Shown here: piece after piece, positions 1 to 12,502 of the stretch
How positions within the stretch are numbered: position 1 is the first letter of the stretch
How the letters are laid out: each line of letters begins with the position of its first letter
DNA from: Anaeramoeba ignava BMAN
Lineage: Eukaryota; Protista; Anaeramoebae
Direction: 5' to 3'
DNA length: 64,000 nucleotides
Assembly: GCA_028826165.1 (NCBI GenBank)
Contig: JAPDFW010000132.1
Coordinates: 77,889 to 141,888, forward strand
Made by a program: the position numbers and the translations under genes
The notes under the pieces: generated by a model
The model's database searches: none
What the model was told of the DNA's origin: nothing
Seen by the model: the letters and a program-made list of their open reading frames with translations, nothing else

Positions 1-1005
1 TTCAATAAGATCAAGAAGAGGGAAAGAATTAATTTCTTACTAGAGTATGAAAATGAATATGAATAAGGAATGTTTGAATTGAACTCTTGATTCGGATCTC
101 CTGAATATTGTTGATAATTCAAATATGGATTGTGAAATGGATCTTGAGTATTTGTTGGAAATTGATTTTGGAATGATTGATTATTTGAATAGACTTCATT
201 TGTACTATGAGATTTTTTCAATCTGAACAGATTTGATTCATTTGGATGATTTTCTAAATAAGTTGGTGGTTTTTGCTGGTTTTGATTCTCATAATTTTGT
301 GCAAAATTTTGTGAATATTGAAGTTTTTGGAATTCAAATGAAGGATAAGACATGGATGGTTTTAAAGGTGAGATTGATAAATTTTTTCCAACATTTGGAA
401 GTGATTGATTTATGGTTTTTTGAGAGAAAAAAGGATTTGAATAGAAATTTTTCAATTCCGAACTTTTTTCATTTTCAAAAGTATTTGGATAAGCAAAATT
501 TGATTCTGATTCAGTTTTATTTGTGCGATTGTTAATCATTTCTTCTTGATTTTTTGGATCTCCTTTTTATTGTTAAAATTAAAGTTAAAATTAAAATTTT
601 AAAAATAAAATTAAATATAATTACTATTTTTTGGAATTATTCCTGGAAAGTTCTCTTCATTTGGAATCGAAACAAATGGGCTTTTTGATGACAAATCTTC
701 TTTTTGTGTTTCTTTTTGAAAAAATGGAGAAAATATTTTAAATTGTTGATTCTAAAAAAAAAAAGCAAAAAAAAAATCAAAAAAATAAAAAATAATAAAG
801 AATAATTTAAAATAAAAAATACTAATTGAAAAATTTTATTTGAATCCATTGTTTGTTTTTGGAAATCTTCTTTTGGAAAAGGTTTAAAGTTTGTTTGTGA
901 AGTTTTATTTGGAGAAAATGTTAAATTTGTTAATTGAAAGGGTTTTAAGTTTTTTGGATCAATTTCTGATGAGAAAATTTGTTTTTTTTGGATTTCTTGA
1001 TTCAT
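1..1005 (-). CDS. 5' part of a spliced gene encoding an N/Q/S/P/F-rich disordered N-terminus; product unknown; continues beyond the window start
   Basis: ATG at 1005; GT-AG introns 822-752 and 624-563 join an open frame (MNQEIQKK...NQQFKIFSPFF...RDPKNQEE...SNPFF...QDPFHNPY) that stays open to position 1; possible further donor near 37. Confidence 0.6.
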
Positions 1006-1124
1006 TTAAATTTGAAAAAAAAAAAAGAATATAAAAATTTTTTAATAATTTGTTGAAAGAAAAAATGAAAAAAAAAATGAAAAAAAAAAGGGAATTCTTT
1101 TTTCTTTTCTTTTTTTTTTTATTA

Positions 1125-3292
1125 CATAATTTATTATTAAAATATGTTTTTAAATTAATTTATAAATAAATATTAAATCAAAATAGATTTAAATATTAAT
1201 AAAAAAATGTAATAATATTTTAATAAATAATTTAATTTAATTTTAATAATAAATTATTAATAATAAAATATAATTTAATATTAAAATATATTTTTAAATT
1301 AATTTATAAATAAATATTAAATCAAAATAGATTCAGATATTAATAAAAAAAATGTAATAATATTTTAATAAATAATTTAATTTAATTTTAATTATAAATA
1401 AATTATTAATAATAAAAATATAATTTATTAATAAAATATAATTTTAAATTAATTTATAAATAAATATTAAATTAAAATAGATTTAGATATTAATAAAAAT
1501 GTAATAATAATATTTTAATAAATAATTTAATTTAATTTTAATAATAAATTATTAATAATAAAACATAATTTATTATTAAAATATAATTTTAAATTAATTT
1601 ATAATTAAATATTAAATTAAAATAGATTTTAAATATTAATAAAAATGTAATAATATTTTAATAAATAATTTAATTTAATTTTAATAATAAATTATTAATA
1701 ATAAAAACATAATTTATTAATAAAAATATAATTTTAAATTAATTTATAATTAAATATTAAATTAAAATAGATTTAGATATTAATAAAAATGTAATAATAT
1801 TTTAATAAATAATTTAATTTAATTTTAATAATAAATTATTAATAATAAAAACATAATTTATTATTAAAATATGTTTTTAAATTAATTTATAATTAAATAT
1901 TAAATCAAAATAGATTTTAAATATTAATAAAAAAAATGTAATAATATTTTTAATAAATGATTTTAATTTAATTTTAATTATAAATTATTAATAATAAAAT
2001 ATAATTTAATATTAAAATATATTTTTAAATTAATTTATAAATAAATATTAAATCAAAATAGATTTAAATATTAATAAAAATGTAATAATATTTTAATAAA
2101 TGATGTAATTTAATTTTAATAATAAATTATTAATAATAAAATATAATTTAATATTAAAATATATTTTTAAATTAATTTATAAATAAATATTAAATCAAAA
2201 TAGATTTAGATATTAATAAAAATGTAATAATATTTTTAATTAATAATTTAATTTAACTTTATTAATAAATTATTAATAATAAAATATGATTTATTATTAA
2301 AATATAATTTTAAATTAATTTATAAATAAATATTAAATTAAAATATATTTAAATATTAATAAAAATGTAATAATATTTTAATAAATAATTTAATTTAATT
2401 TTAATAATAAATTATTAATAATAAAACATAATTTATTATTAAAATATAATTTTAAATTAATTTATAAATAAATATTAAATCAAAAATAGATTTAGATATT
2501 AATAAAAAAATGTAATAATATTTTAATAAATGATTTAATTTAATTTTAATTATAAATTATTAATAATAAAATATGATTTATTAATAAAATATAATTTTAA
2601 ATTAATTTATAAATAAATATTAAATTAAAATAGATTTAAATATTAATAAAAAAATGTAATAATATTTTTAATAAATAATTTAATTTAATTTTTAATAATA
2701 AATTATTAATAATAAAATATAATTTATTAATAAAATATAATTTTAAATTAATTTATAAATAAATATTAAATTAAAATAGATTTAAATATTAATAAAAAAA
2801 TGTAATAATATTTTAATAAATAATTTAATTTAATTTTAATTATAAATTATTAATAATAAAATATAATTTATTAATAAAATATAATTTTTAAATTAATTTA
2901 TAAATAAATAATAAATTAAAATATATTTAAATATTAATAAAAATGTAATAATATTTTAATAAATAATTTAATTTAATTTTTAATTATAAATTATTAATAA
3001 TAAAATATAATTTATTAATAAAATATAATTTTAAATTAATTTATAAATAAATATTAAATTAAAATAGATTTAAATATTAATAAAAAAATGTAATAATATT
3101 TTAATAAATAATTTAATTTAATTTTAATTATAAATTATTAATAATAAAATATAATTTATTAATAAAATATAATTTTAAATTAATTTATAAATAAATAATA
3201 AATTAAAATAGATTTAGATATTAATAAAAAAATGTAATAATATTTTAATAAATGATGTAATTTAATTTTAATAATAAATTATTAATAATAAA
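1125..3292. repeat. Tandem array of ~15 copies of a ~145-bp AT-rich unit
   Basis: Anchor AAATAGATT (or variant) recurs at ~1181, 1325, 1475, 1620, 1765, 1908, 2056, 2198, 2341, 2484, 2628, 2774, 2919, 3062, 3206. Confidence 0.95.
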
Positions 3293-3447
3293 TCAACATT
3301 TTATTGTAGAAAAAAGGAATAGGGAATAAATTTAATCCCCTATTTAAATAAAAAATTTTTTAATAAAAACAAAAAAAACATTTTTTTTCTTTTTTCTTTT
3401 TTTCTTTTTGTTTTGTTTTGTGTTTGTTTGGTTTTGTTAAAAGACGT

Positions 3448-6013
3448 ATGAAAACACAAAAACAAAGAAGAGTTGTGATTCTTGGATTTAGAGGTGTTGG
3501 TAAATATAATTAAAAAATATTATTAAAAAATTAAAAAAAAAAAGGAAAAAAAAATTTTTGTTCTTGATTTTTAATTAAACTTTTGTTCTTGATTTTTAAT
3601 TAAACTGTATTTAATTTTAATTTAATTATATTTTAGGAAAAACTGCGATCACTACTCGTTTTATTAATAATTCTTTCAATTCAGAGCACACTCCAACAAT
3701 TGAAAACTCTTTTAAAAAAACAATTAAATTTTGTGATGAAGAATATGAAATTGATATTCTTGATACACCAGGACAAGTAAATTCTCTTTATTTTAATAAT
3801 TTATTTCAATAATTTATTTATTAATTTATTTAATAATTTATTTAATAATTTATTTAATAATTTATTTCTATAATTTATTTAATAATTTATTTAATAATAT
3901 ATTTTATAATTTATTTAATAATATATTTAATAATTTATTTAATAATTTATTTAATAATTTATTTAATAATTTATTTATTAATATATTTAATAATTTATTT
4001 CAATAATTTATTTAATAATTTATTTTAATAATTTATTTAATAATTTATTTAATAATTTATTTATTAATTTATTTCAATAATATATTTATTAATATATTTA
4101 TTAATTTATTTTAATAATTTATTTAATATTTTATTTAATAATATATTTTAATAATTTATTTAATAATTTATTTAATAATTTATTTAATAATTTATTTAAT
4201 AATTTATTTAATAATTTATTTCAATAATTTATTTAATAATATATTTTATAATATATTTAATAATTTATTTAATAATTTATTTAATAATTTATTTCAATAA
4301 TTTATTTTTAATAATATATTTAATAATTTATTTCAATAATTTATTCCACATTTTATTCACATTTTATTTAATAATTTATTTAATAATTTATTTAATAATT
4401 TATTTAATAATTTATATTAATATATTTAATAATTTATTTAATAATTTATTTCAATAATTTATTTAATAATTTATTTTATAATTTATTTTTATAATTTATA
4501 TTTAATAATATATTTAATAATTTATTTAATAATTTATTTATTAATATATTTAATAATATATTCAATAATTTATTTAATAATTTATTCAATAATTTATTTA
4601 ATAATTTATTCAATAATTTATTTATTAATTTATTTAATAATTTATTTATTAATTTATTTAATAATTTATTTATTAATTTATTTAATAATTTATTTAATAA
4701 TTTATTTAATAATTTATTTATTAATATATTTTTAATTTATTTATTAATTTATTTCAATAATATATTTATTAATTTATTTCAATAATTTATTTAATAATTT
4801 ATTTCAATAATTTATTTAATAATTTATTTCAATAATTTATTTAATAATTTATTTAATAATATATTTATTAATTTATTTAATAATTTATTTAATAATTTAT
4901 TTAATAATTTATTTATTAATATATTTAATAATTTATTTAATAATTTATTTAATAATTTATTTAATAATTTTATTTTATTAATATATTTAATAATTTATTT
5001 CAATAATTTATTTCAATAATTTATTTCAATAATTTATTTAATAATTTATTTAATAATTTATTTCAATAATTTATTTAATAATTTATTTAATAATAATTTA
5101 TTTCAATAATTTATTTAATAATTTATTCCACATTTATTTAATAATTTATTTAATAATTTATTTAATAATTTATTTCAATAATATATTTCAATAATTTATT
5201 TCAATAATTTATTTAATAATATATTTTATAATTTATTTTATTAATTTATTTAATAATTTATTTAATAATTTATTTAATAATTTATTTCAATAATTTATTT
5301 TAATAATTTATTTAATAATTTATTTAATAATATATTTATTAATATATTTAATAATTTATTTCAATAATTTATTTAATAATTTATTTCAATAATTTATTTA
5401 ATAATTTATTTAATAATTTATTTAATAATTTATTTTATAATTTATTTCAATAATTTATTTATTAATTTATTTATTAATTTATTTATTAATTTATTTATTA
5501 ATTTATTTATTAATTTATTTATTAATTTATTTATTAATTTATTTAATAATTTATTTAATAATTTTTGTTTATAGGATGAATTTACTAGATTTCCTACAAA
5601 TGATTCAGTTATCACTGATGCATATATTCTTGTTTATTCAGTTTCATCTGTAAATTCTTTTGAAATTTTAAAAGTTATTCATGATAAAATCAATGAAAAA
5701 ATTGGTACAATTCCTCAAGTTCTTGTTGGAAATAAAAATGATTTAGAAAAAAGAGAAGTAAAATTTGAAGAAGGAAAAAAACTTGCAAAAGAATGGAGTT
5801 GTTCATTTATTGAATGCACAGCAAAAGAAAATGAAAATATTGGTAAAAAAAAAAACAAAATCAAAAAGAAAAATTTTTTTCCGATTTTTTTAATTTTTAA
5901 ATTTTATTTTTATTTAATTAGCTCAAGTATTTTTATCAACTTTGGAAGAAATTGAAAAATCAACAAATCCAAATTTTGGAAAAAAAAAAGATTCAAATTG
6001 TTTAATTATTTAA
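3448..6013 (+). CDS. RHEB: Rheb small GTPase (4 exons)
   Basis: Introns 3500-3636, 3777-5574, 5843-5921; G1 GFRGVGKT with the Rheb-diagnostic Arg15, effector PTIEN, G3 DTPGQ, G4 GNKND, G5 ECTAK, CaaX CLII. Confidence 0.9.
3790..5565 (+). repeat. Intronic 12-mer array (TTTATTTAATAA)n filling Rheb intron 2
   Basis: Direct reading; intron is 1798 nt and essentially G-free on the sense strand. Confidence 0.95.
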
Positions 6014-6227
6014 AAAACAAAATTTAAAAATTTCAAAAGAGAAACTGAAACTGAAACAGAAAAATTTTTTTTTTTACTTTTATTTTTATTTGATTTTGAA
6101 TTTGAATTTGAATTTGATTTTGAATTTGATTTTGTTTTTGATTTATTTGTTTTTTTGAAATGAAACAAAATTTTTTTTCATTTTTTCATTTTTTCATTTT
6201 TTCATTTTTTTTTTTGAAATAAAAAAA

Positions 6228-8823
6228 ATGGAATTAAAATCTCAAAATCAATTTATAAAATCATCAATTAATGCATTTCCAATAAATAAAGAAATATTAA
6301 AACAATATAAAATACCAATAGGAATAACAATAAATCCATTTGCAGAAAAAAATTCACAAGAAAAAATAGTAAAAAATTAAATAAAAAAATTAAAAAATTA
6401 AAAAAAATTTTTTTCTTCAATTTAAAAATCACTAACAAAAAAAAGGAAAATTCAGAAATAACATTTATAAATCCAACCAATAACATTATTCAACAATGTT
6501 CAAAATGTGGAGCTTTTTTAAATACATCTTTATTTGATAGAAATTTTGAATGTGAATGTCCACTGTGTAAATCTAAAAATACCGCTTTAAAAAAAGTATA
6601 TATTCAAAACTCAATTGAAAAAGAGAAAGAGAAAGAAGAAAACTCAATATATGAAAGTTATTTACCTGATAAATTCACACAAGAAAAGCCACAATCACCA
6701 AGTTATTTTTTTATAATTGATTGTTGTGCATTTTCAATAAGAAATTCAATTCCTCAATTATTACTTAATACTTTAAAAGAATTAATACAAAACGATGAAT
6801 TGTTTGGAGGAGAAAGAGCAAGAATTGGATTTATAACATTTGATTCTACTGTTCATTTTTATAATTTTTCTGTTGTGGGTCAAAATCCCGAAATTTTTGT
6901 TGTTCCTGATTTTTTTGATATTGGTTTGCCTGCTCAAAAAAAGAATTTATTAGTTAATCTTCATCAATACAAGGATACTATTATTTCTTTTCTTGATTCT
7001 TTATCCAATAATCTTGGAAAAAATCTTCCAGTTCTGGAAAATTCGTTACAAAATCCAAATGAGTTTTTTTCAGACTTACCTTCAGCTTTGGAGGCAATGT
7101 TTAAGATTTTGGTGAATAATTCTATTATTCTTTATTGTTTTATTATTTATTATTTATTTTCATTTTCATTTTAAAAGGAGCATTCTGGTGGAAAGGCTTT
7201 TGTTTTTCAAACAACTCTTCCTTCATTTGGAAAATATGGAATCACTAAAAGAGAAAAAATAGATTTACTTGGAACAGAAAATGAAAAAATATTATTTAAT
7301 CTCAATGAAACTAATGGGAAATTCTATGAAGAGTTTGCAAATAAATCCTGTATCAAAAAAATATCAATCGATCTGTTTTTATTTTCAACAAATTATATTG
7401 ATATTACAACACTTGGAATTCTGTCAAATCAAACAAAGGGAAATATTCATTATTATCCAAACATGGATTCAAAATTATCATCAATTCAAACAACTTTTCC
7501 CAATGATTTAAAGCAAAGTTTCCATAATATTGTTGGTTGGAATTGCAAATTATGTGTTTTGTCATCATATTTCAAATTTGTAAATCATTTTTCATCAAAT
7601 GATACTTATTTGAATCTATTAAAGATTCCTCAAATTTCATCAAATCAAGCATTTACATTTGAACTTGATTTTAAACCCGATACTCAAGAAAAATTAATTC
7701 CCGGAGTTCAAGTTGTAGTGATGTAAAAATATTTAATTATTCAAAATATTCAAATTATTCAAATTATTAAAAATATTCAAATTATTAAGGTATACAAATC
7801 ATGAAGGTGAAAATATGATGCGTATTATTCAACTTAAATTCCCAATTAAAACATCTTTAGTTGAATTATTTCAATCAATTGATAGTGAAGCATTGATTAA
7901 CTTATGGATTCATAAAGGTTTTTTTTTAAAAATTTCTAAAAATCAAAAAATTAAATTTAATTTAAAAAAATTTTTAAAGGAATAAAAAATGCTTCTTTGA
8001 AAAAAATTTCCGAAATTCGTGATAGTTTTATAACAAATTGCTCAAAAATAATCCAAAATTACTTTTCTGTTTTAAATTCAATTCAACCAATAGAAAAAAC
8101 TAAAATTAGAGAAAATTTAATAAATTATCTTCCAGATTCTCTCAAATTATTACCAATTCTATCATTATCTTTAACAAAAGTAAACAAAATGAATAAAATA
8201 ACATGAATTATTTTTTATTAATCAATTCAAATTAATTCCTCTTTTTTTTTTAAACAAAGAATATACTTTTTTCACCAGGAAGAATAAGTATTGATGAAAG
8301 ATCATTTGAATTTTATAAACTCTTATATTCTCCAATTCAACAAATTTCCTTATTTATATTTCCTCAAATTTTTTCCTTAAAAGAATACTTATTAAATGAA
8401 GCTGAAAATGCTTATCAAATTTCAAATACAAAAAAAAGTTTAAAAAGTGATAATATTTATATTTTTTGCAATGGTCAAAAATTTGTAATTTGGATTGGCA
8501 AAAATTTATCAACAGAAATAATTCAATCTTTATTTAATGTTCCAAATTTTGATAATATTGATAAAGAAACAAATTTAATTGATTCTCATCTTGAAATTAA
8601 TGATAAAATGTTCAAAATTATAAATCAAATTCAATCACAATTAAACAAAATTTTATCAATTGAAATTGTTAAAGAAGGAAATGTTCCTCAAAAAAAAATT
8701 ATTGATTCTTGGTTAGTTGAAGATAGATTAAGTATTACAATGAATTTTCAAGAATTTCTTTATGAAATTTATCAAAATATTCCAATTAGCTCAACAACTT
8801 CTTCTGATTTTTTAAAAAAATAA
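6228..8823 (+). CDS. SEC24: Sec24 family COPII coat subunit (6 exons), divergent, lacking a long Pro-rich N-terminus
   Basis: N-terminal KIPIGITINPFAE, zinc finger CSKCGAFLN...CPLCKSKN, trunk/vWA SYFFIIDC and RIGFITFDSTVHFYNF, helical LPDSLKLLP, C-terminal WLVEDR; GT-AG introns starting ~6369, 7112, 7723, 7918, 8180. Confidence 0.88.
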
Positions 8824-8960
8824 TCAATTAAAAAAACAAAACAAAAACAATAAATTATAGAAATTTAAAGAAATTTAAAAAAGAAATTTAAAAAAGAAAT
8901 TTAAAAAAGAAATTTAAAAAAGTTTAAAAAAGTAAAAATTTAAATCTAAATTTAAATTAT

Positions 8961-11603
8961 CTACTTAAAAAATGAAATATTATTCATCACAAAAATCCAG
9001 AATAATGTAAAGGGTCCTGTCATTAAAGTTCCAACAATAATAGCTAAAAAGAAATTTTTTTTTGAAAATAACAATAAATTAATAAAATTTTTAAATTTAA
9101 AAATTTCAATCAAAATTAAAAAAAAATTTTTCTTTTATTTTTAAAAAAAAAATACTTGTAGAAATTGCTTCTCTTCCTAAATTATATTCTTGACCAATTG
9201 TAAATGCTGCAACAGCTAATGGCATTTCTGAAACAATAACTGCACTTTGTAAAATTTTTCCTCTTTTTTGATTTAAAAAAAAATCCCGAAAAGTAAAAAA
9301 AATTTTTTTTTTCTTTATTTTTTAAAAAATTTTTACCTTATATTAAATGGAATACAAACTAAAACAACAAGAATTGGAAAAGCAAAATGACGAAGAAAGA
9401 GCCAAATTATCATTGATTTCCAACCACTACTAATAATTCTTTTACGAATATAACTAAATGATTTATTAAAAAAAAAGAAAATGAATAATAAATAAGAGGA
9501 AATTTATTTTGAAAGAAATTTATCAAAAAAAAAAATAAATACACAAAAATTCCGACACAAAATAAAGCAGCTGGAACTAAAGAACTAAAAGAAATAAAAA
9601 GACAATTTTTGATTTTTAATTTAAATATTTTTGAATTTAAATATTTTTGATTTGAAATATTTATGAATTGAAATATTTTTGAATTGAAATATTTTTGAAT
9701 TGAAATATTTTTTAATTTAAATATTTTTGAATTTAAATATTTTTAAATTTAAATATTTATAAATTGAAATATTTTTAATTTGAAATATTTTTAATTTAAA
9801 ATATTTTTGATTTACGCTGAAAGTGGATCAACTATCATTGAAAGAGCAGTAGGAACAGGAAGTTTAAGAAAAGAATAAGCAAGTCCAAGAAAATTTGACC
9901 ATAAAGGAAGATTTGTAACTAATGATTTGAATAAAGTTTTCTTAAAAGATTTTTTATTTTTTATTGGAGTTCGAGAATCATCATCAATTGATGAAGAGGA
10001 AAATTGTAATTGAATCCAACTAGCATCATCAATAAGATTTTCATTTTGATTTTGATTTGAATTTTCATTTTGATTTTGATTTTGATTTGAGTTTTCATTT
10101 TCATTTTGATTTTTATCTTGATTTTGATTTTGATTTTGATTTTGATTTTCATCTTGATTTTCCATAATATCAGTTATTTCAGTTAATTCAGTTATTTCTT
10201 GAAAATCAGTTTCTTCACTTTTTTCTATTTTAATTTTTTTTATTTGTTCAAGTTTTTCTTTTTCAAGCTTTTCTTTTTCAAGTTTTTCTTTTTCAATTTC
10301 TCTTTTAATTTGTAATTTTTCCATTAGAAAAAAAACAAAAGGAAATCTAAATATATTAAAAAATGTTGACATAACTGGATAAATATCATAACTTTCATCA
10401 AAAATTGATCGAAGAATTGGGATTCCAAAAATAATTTGACTAAAAATAATTTTTTAAAATTGATTATTAAATTCATGTTTTAAATTGATATTTTAAATTG
10501 ATTGTTAAATCCATTTTTAAATTGATAAATTAAATTGATATTTTAAATTGATATTTTAAATTGATTTTTAAATTAATTGTTAAATTGATATTTTAAATTG
10601 ATATTTTAAATTGATTTTTAAATTAATAAATTAATATTTTAAATTGATATTTTAAATTGATATTTAAATTGATATTTTAAATTGATATTTAAATTGATAT
10701 TTTTAAATTGATTTTTAAATTAATTGTTAAATTGATATTTTAAATTGATATTTTAAATTGATATTTAAATTGATATTTAAATTGATAATTAAATTGATTT
10801 TTAAATTGATATTTTTAAATTGATATTTAAATTGATATTTTTAAATTGATATTTAAATTGTTATTTTAAATTGATTTTTAAATTGATATTTTAAATTGAT
10901 TTTTAAATTAATATTTAAATTGATATTTAAATTGATATTTTAAATTGATATTTTTAAATTAATAAATTGATATTTAAATTGATATTTTAAATTGATATTT
11001 TAAATTGATATTTTAAATTGATTTTTAAATTGATAAATTAATATTTTAAATTGATAAATTGAAAATATCTACTTAGGCCAAGCAAAAATGATATAAATCA
11101 ATGCATAAATTCCTTGTTGTTTTTTCAGTTTTTTAAAAAAAACATATACAAAACAAATTAAAGCAGCTAAATCAATTAAAATTAATAAATAATTAATAAA
11201 TAAATAAATAAAGAAACAAAAAAATAAACTATAAAAAAGAATACCAATAATATTTGCAACAATATACATAAGAGCAAAATTCCAATCCATCTTTTCAGAA
11301 GGAATATTTATAAAAGCACGAAATAAAATTGCAGGAAGACAAATTTTTAAAACAAAAACATTCATATTTCTTAATGTTTGTTCTGGTTGAATAATTTTTG
11401 TGAAAGCAGCAAGCCAACCACTAATAAAAAATATGAGAAGTGCTTTTGGGAAATGTTTTTAATTTTAATTTTAATTTGAATTTTATAAATGAATTTTAAT
11501 TTTAATTTTAATTTTAATTTTAATTTTAATTTAATTTTAATTTTAATTTTAATTTACCAAGTGATTGATAAGTAACTTGAAGATAAGCTGAATTGTTTGA
11601 CAT
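8961..11603 (-). CDS. PIN/auxin efflux carrier (AEC, Mem_trans) family membrane transporter (8 exons)
   Basis: Spliced protein has two hydrophobic halves around a hydrophilic loop: NVFVLKICLPAILF, WPNQIIFGIPIL, TNLPLWSNFLGLAYS, FLRHFAFP, SEMPLAVAAFTIGQEYN...ISTTIIVGTL, matching PIN motifs (PNTLVMGIPLL, NPNTYSSLIG, LPQGIVPFVFAKEYN). Confidence 0.85.
10455..11060 (-). repeat. Intronic ~12-mer array (sense AATATCAATTTA-like) in the PIN-like gene
   Basis: Plus strand reads (TTAAATTGATAT)n with variants inside intron 11072-10440. Confidence 0.9.
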
Positions 11604-11794
11604 TTTTAATTTTAAATTTTATATTTTATAATAAAAAAAAAAAGGATTTAAATGTTGATCTAATTATCCCTTTATTAATTTTATTTTAGAAAAAGAAAAA
11701 AAATGAAAAAAAAAATGAAAAAAAAAAATAAATTTATATAAAAAATGAGAATAAATTTAAATTAATAATTAATTTAATTTTCTTTTTTATTTAT

Positions 11795-12300
11795 TATTTT
11801 AAATTAATTTCTAAATTGAATATTAAATTAAATCTATTCTTATTTTTATATTTTATATGTTAAATATTTAAATAATAAAAATAATTAAATCTAAAACAAT
11901 AAATTATTATTTTAAACATAGAATTAAATATTAAATTATATTTTTAAATTAATTTATAAATTAAATATTAAGTTAAACTTATTCTTATTTTTATATTTTT
12001 ATGCTAAATATTTTTAATAATAAAATATTTTAAATTTAAAACATTAAATTATTATTTTAGACATAAAATTAAATATTAAATTATATTTTTAAATTAATTT
12101 ATAAATTAAATATTAAATTAAATCTATTTTCATTTTTTATATTTTTATGCTAAATATTTTAATAATAAAATGTTTAAATCTAAAACAATAAATTATTATT
12201 TTAATAATAAAATTAAATATTAAATTATATTTTTAAATTAATTTATAAATCGAATATTAAATTAAATCTATTCTCATTTTTTATATTTATATGTTAAATA
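11795..12300. repeat. Tandem array of ~3.5 copies of a 145-bp unit related to the 1125-3292 array
   Basis: AAATTAATTT anchor at 11801, 11946, 12091, 12235 (periods 145, 145, 144); shares a ~50-bp block with the first array. Confidence 0.9.
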
Positions 12301-12502
12301 AAATGAAAGAAAAAATTAATCAAAAAAAATTTACTTATCACGAAAAAAAAGGAGAAACAAAATGAAAAAAAAAGGAGAAAAAGAAAGGGAAAAGAAAGGA
12401 AAAAGATTTTAAATTTGCTTTTTTTTAATAATTTTGGTTTTTCATTTTTTTCTTTTTCATTTTTTCTTCTTTGTTATCTTTTTTGTTGTTTCAAGTTTTC
12501 AA

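Noticed and set aside
1125-3292. Regularly spaced repeats as a possible CRISPR array
   Set aside because: The entire unit repeats, there are no unique spacers, no cas genes, and the context is eukaryotic
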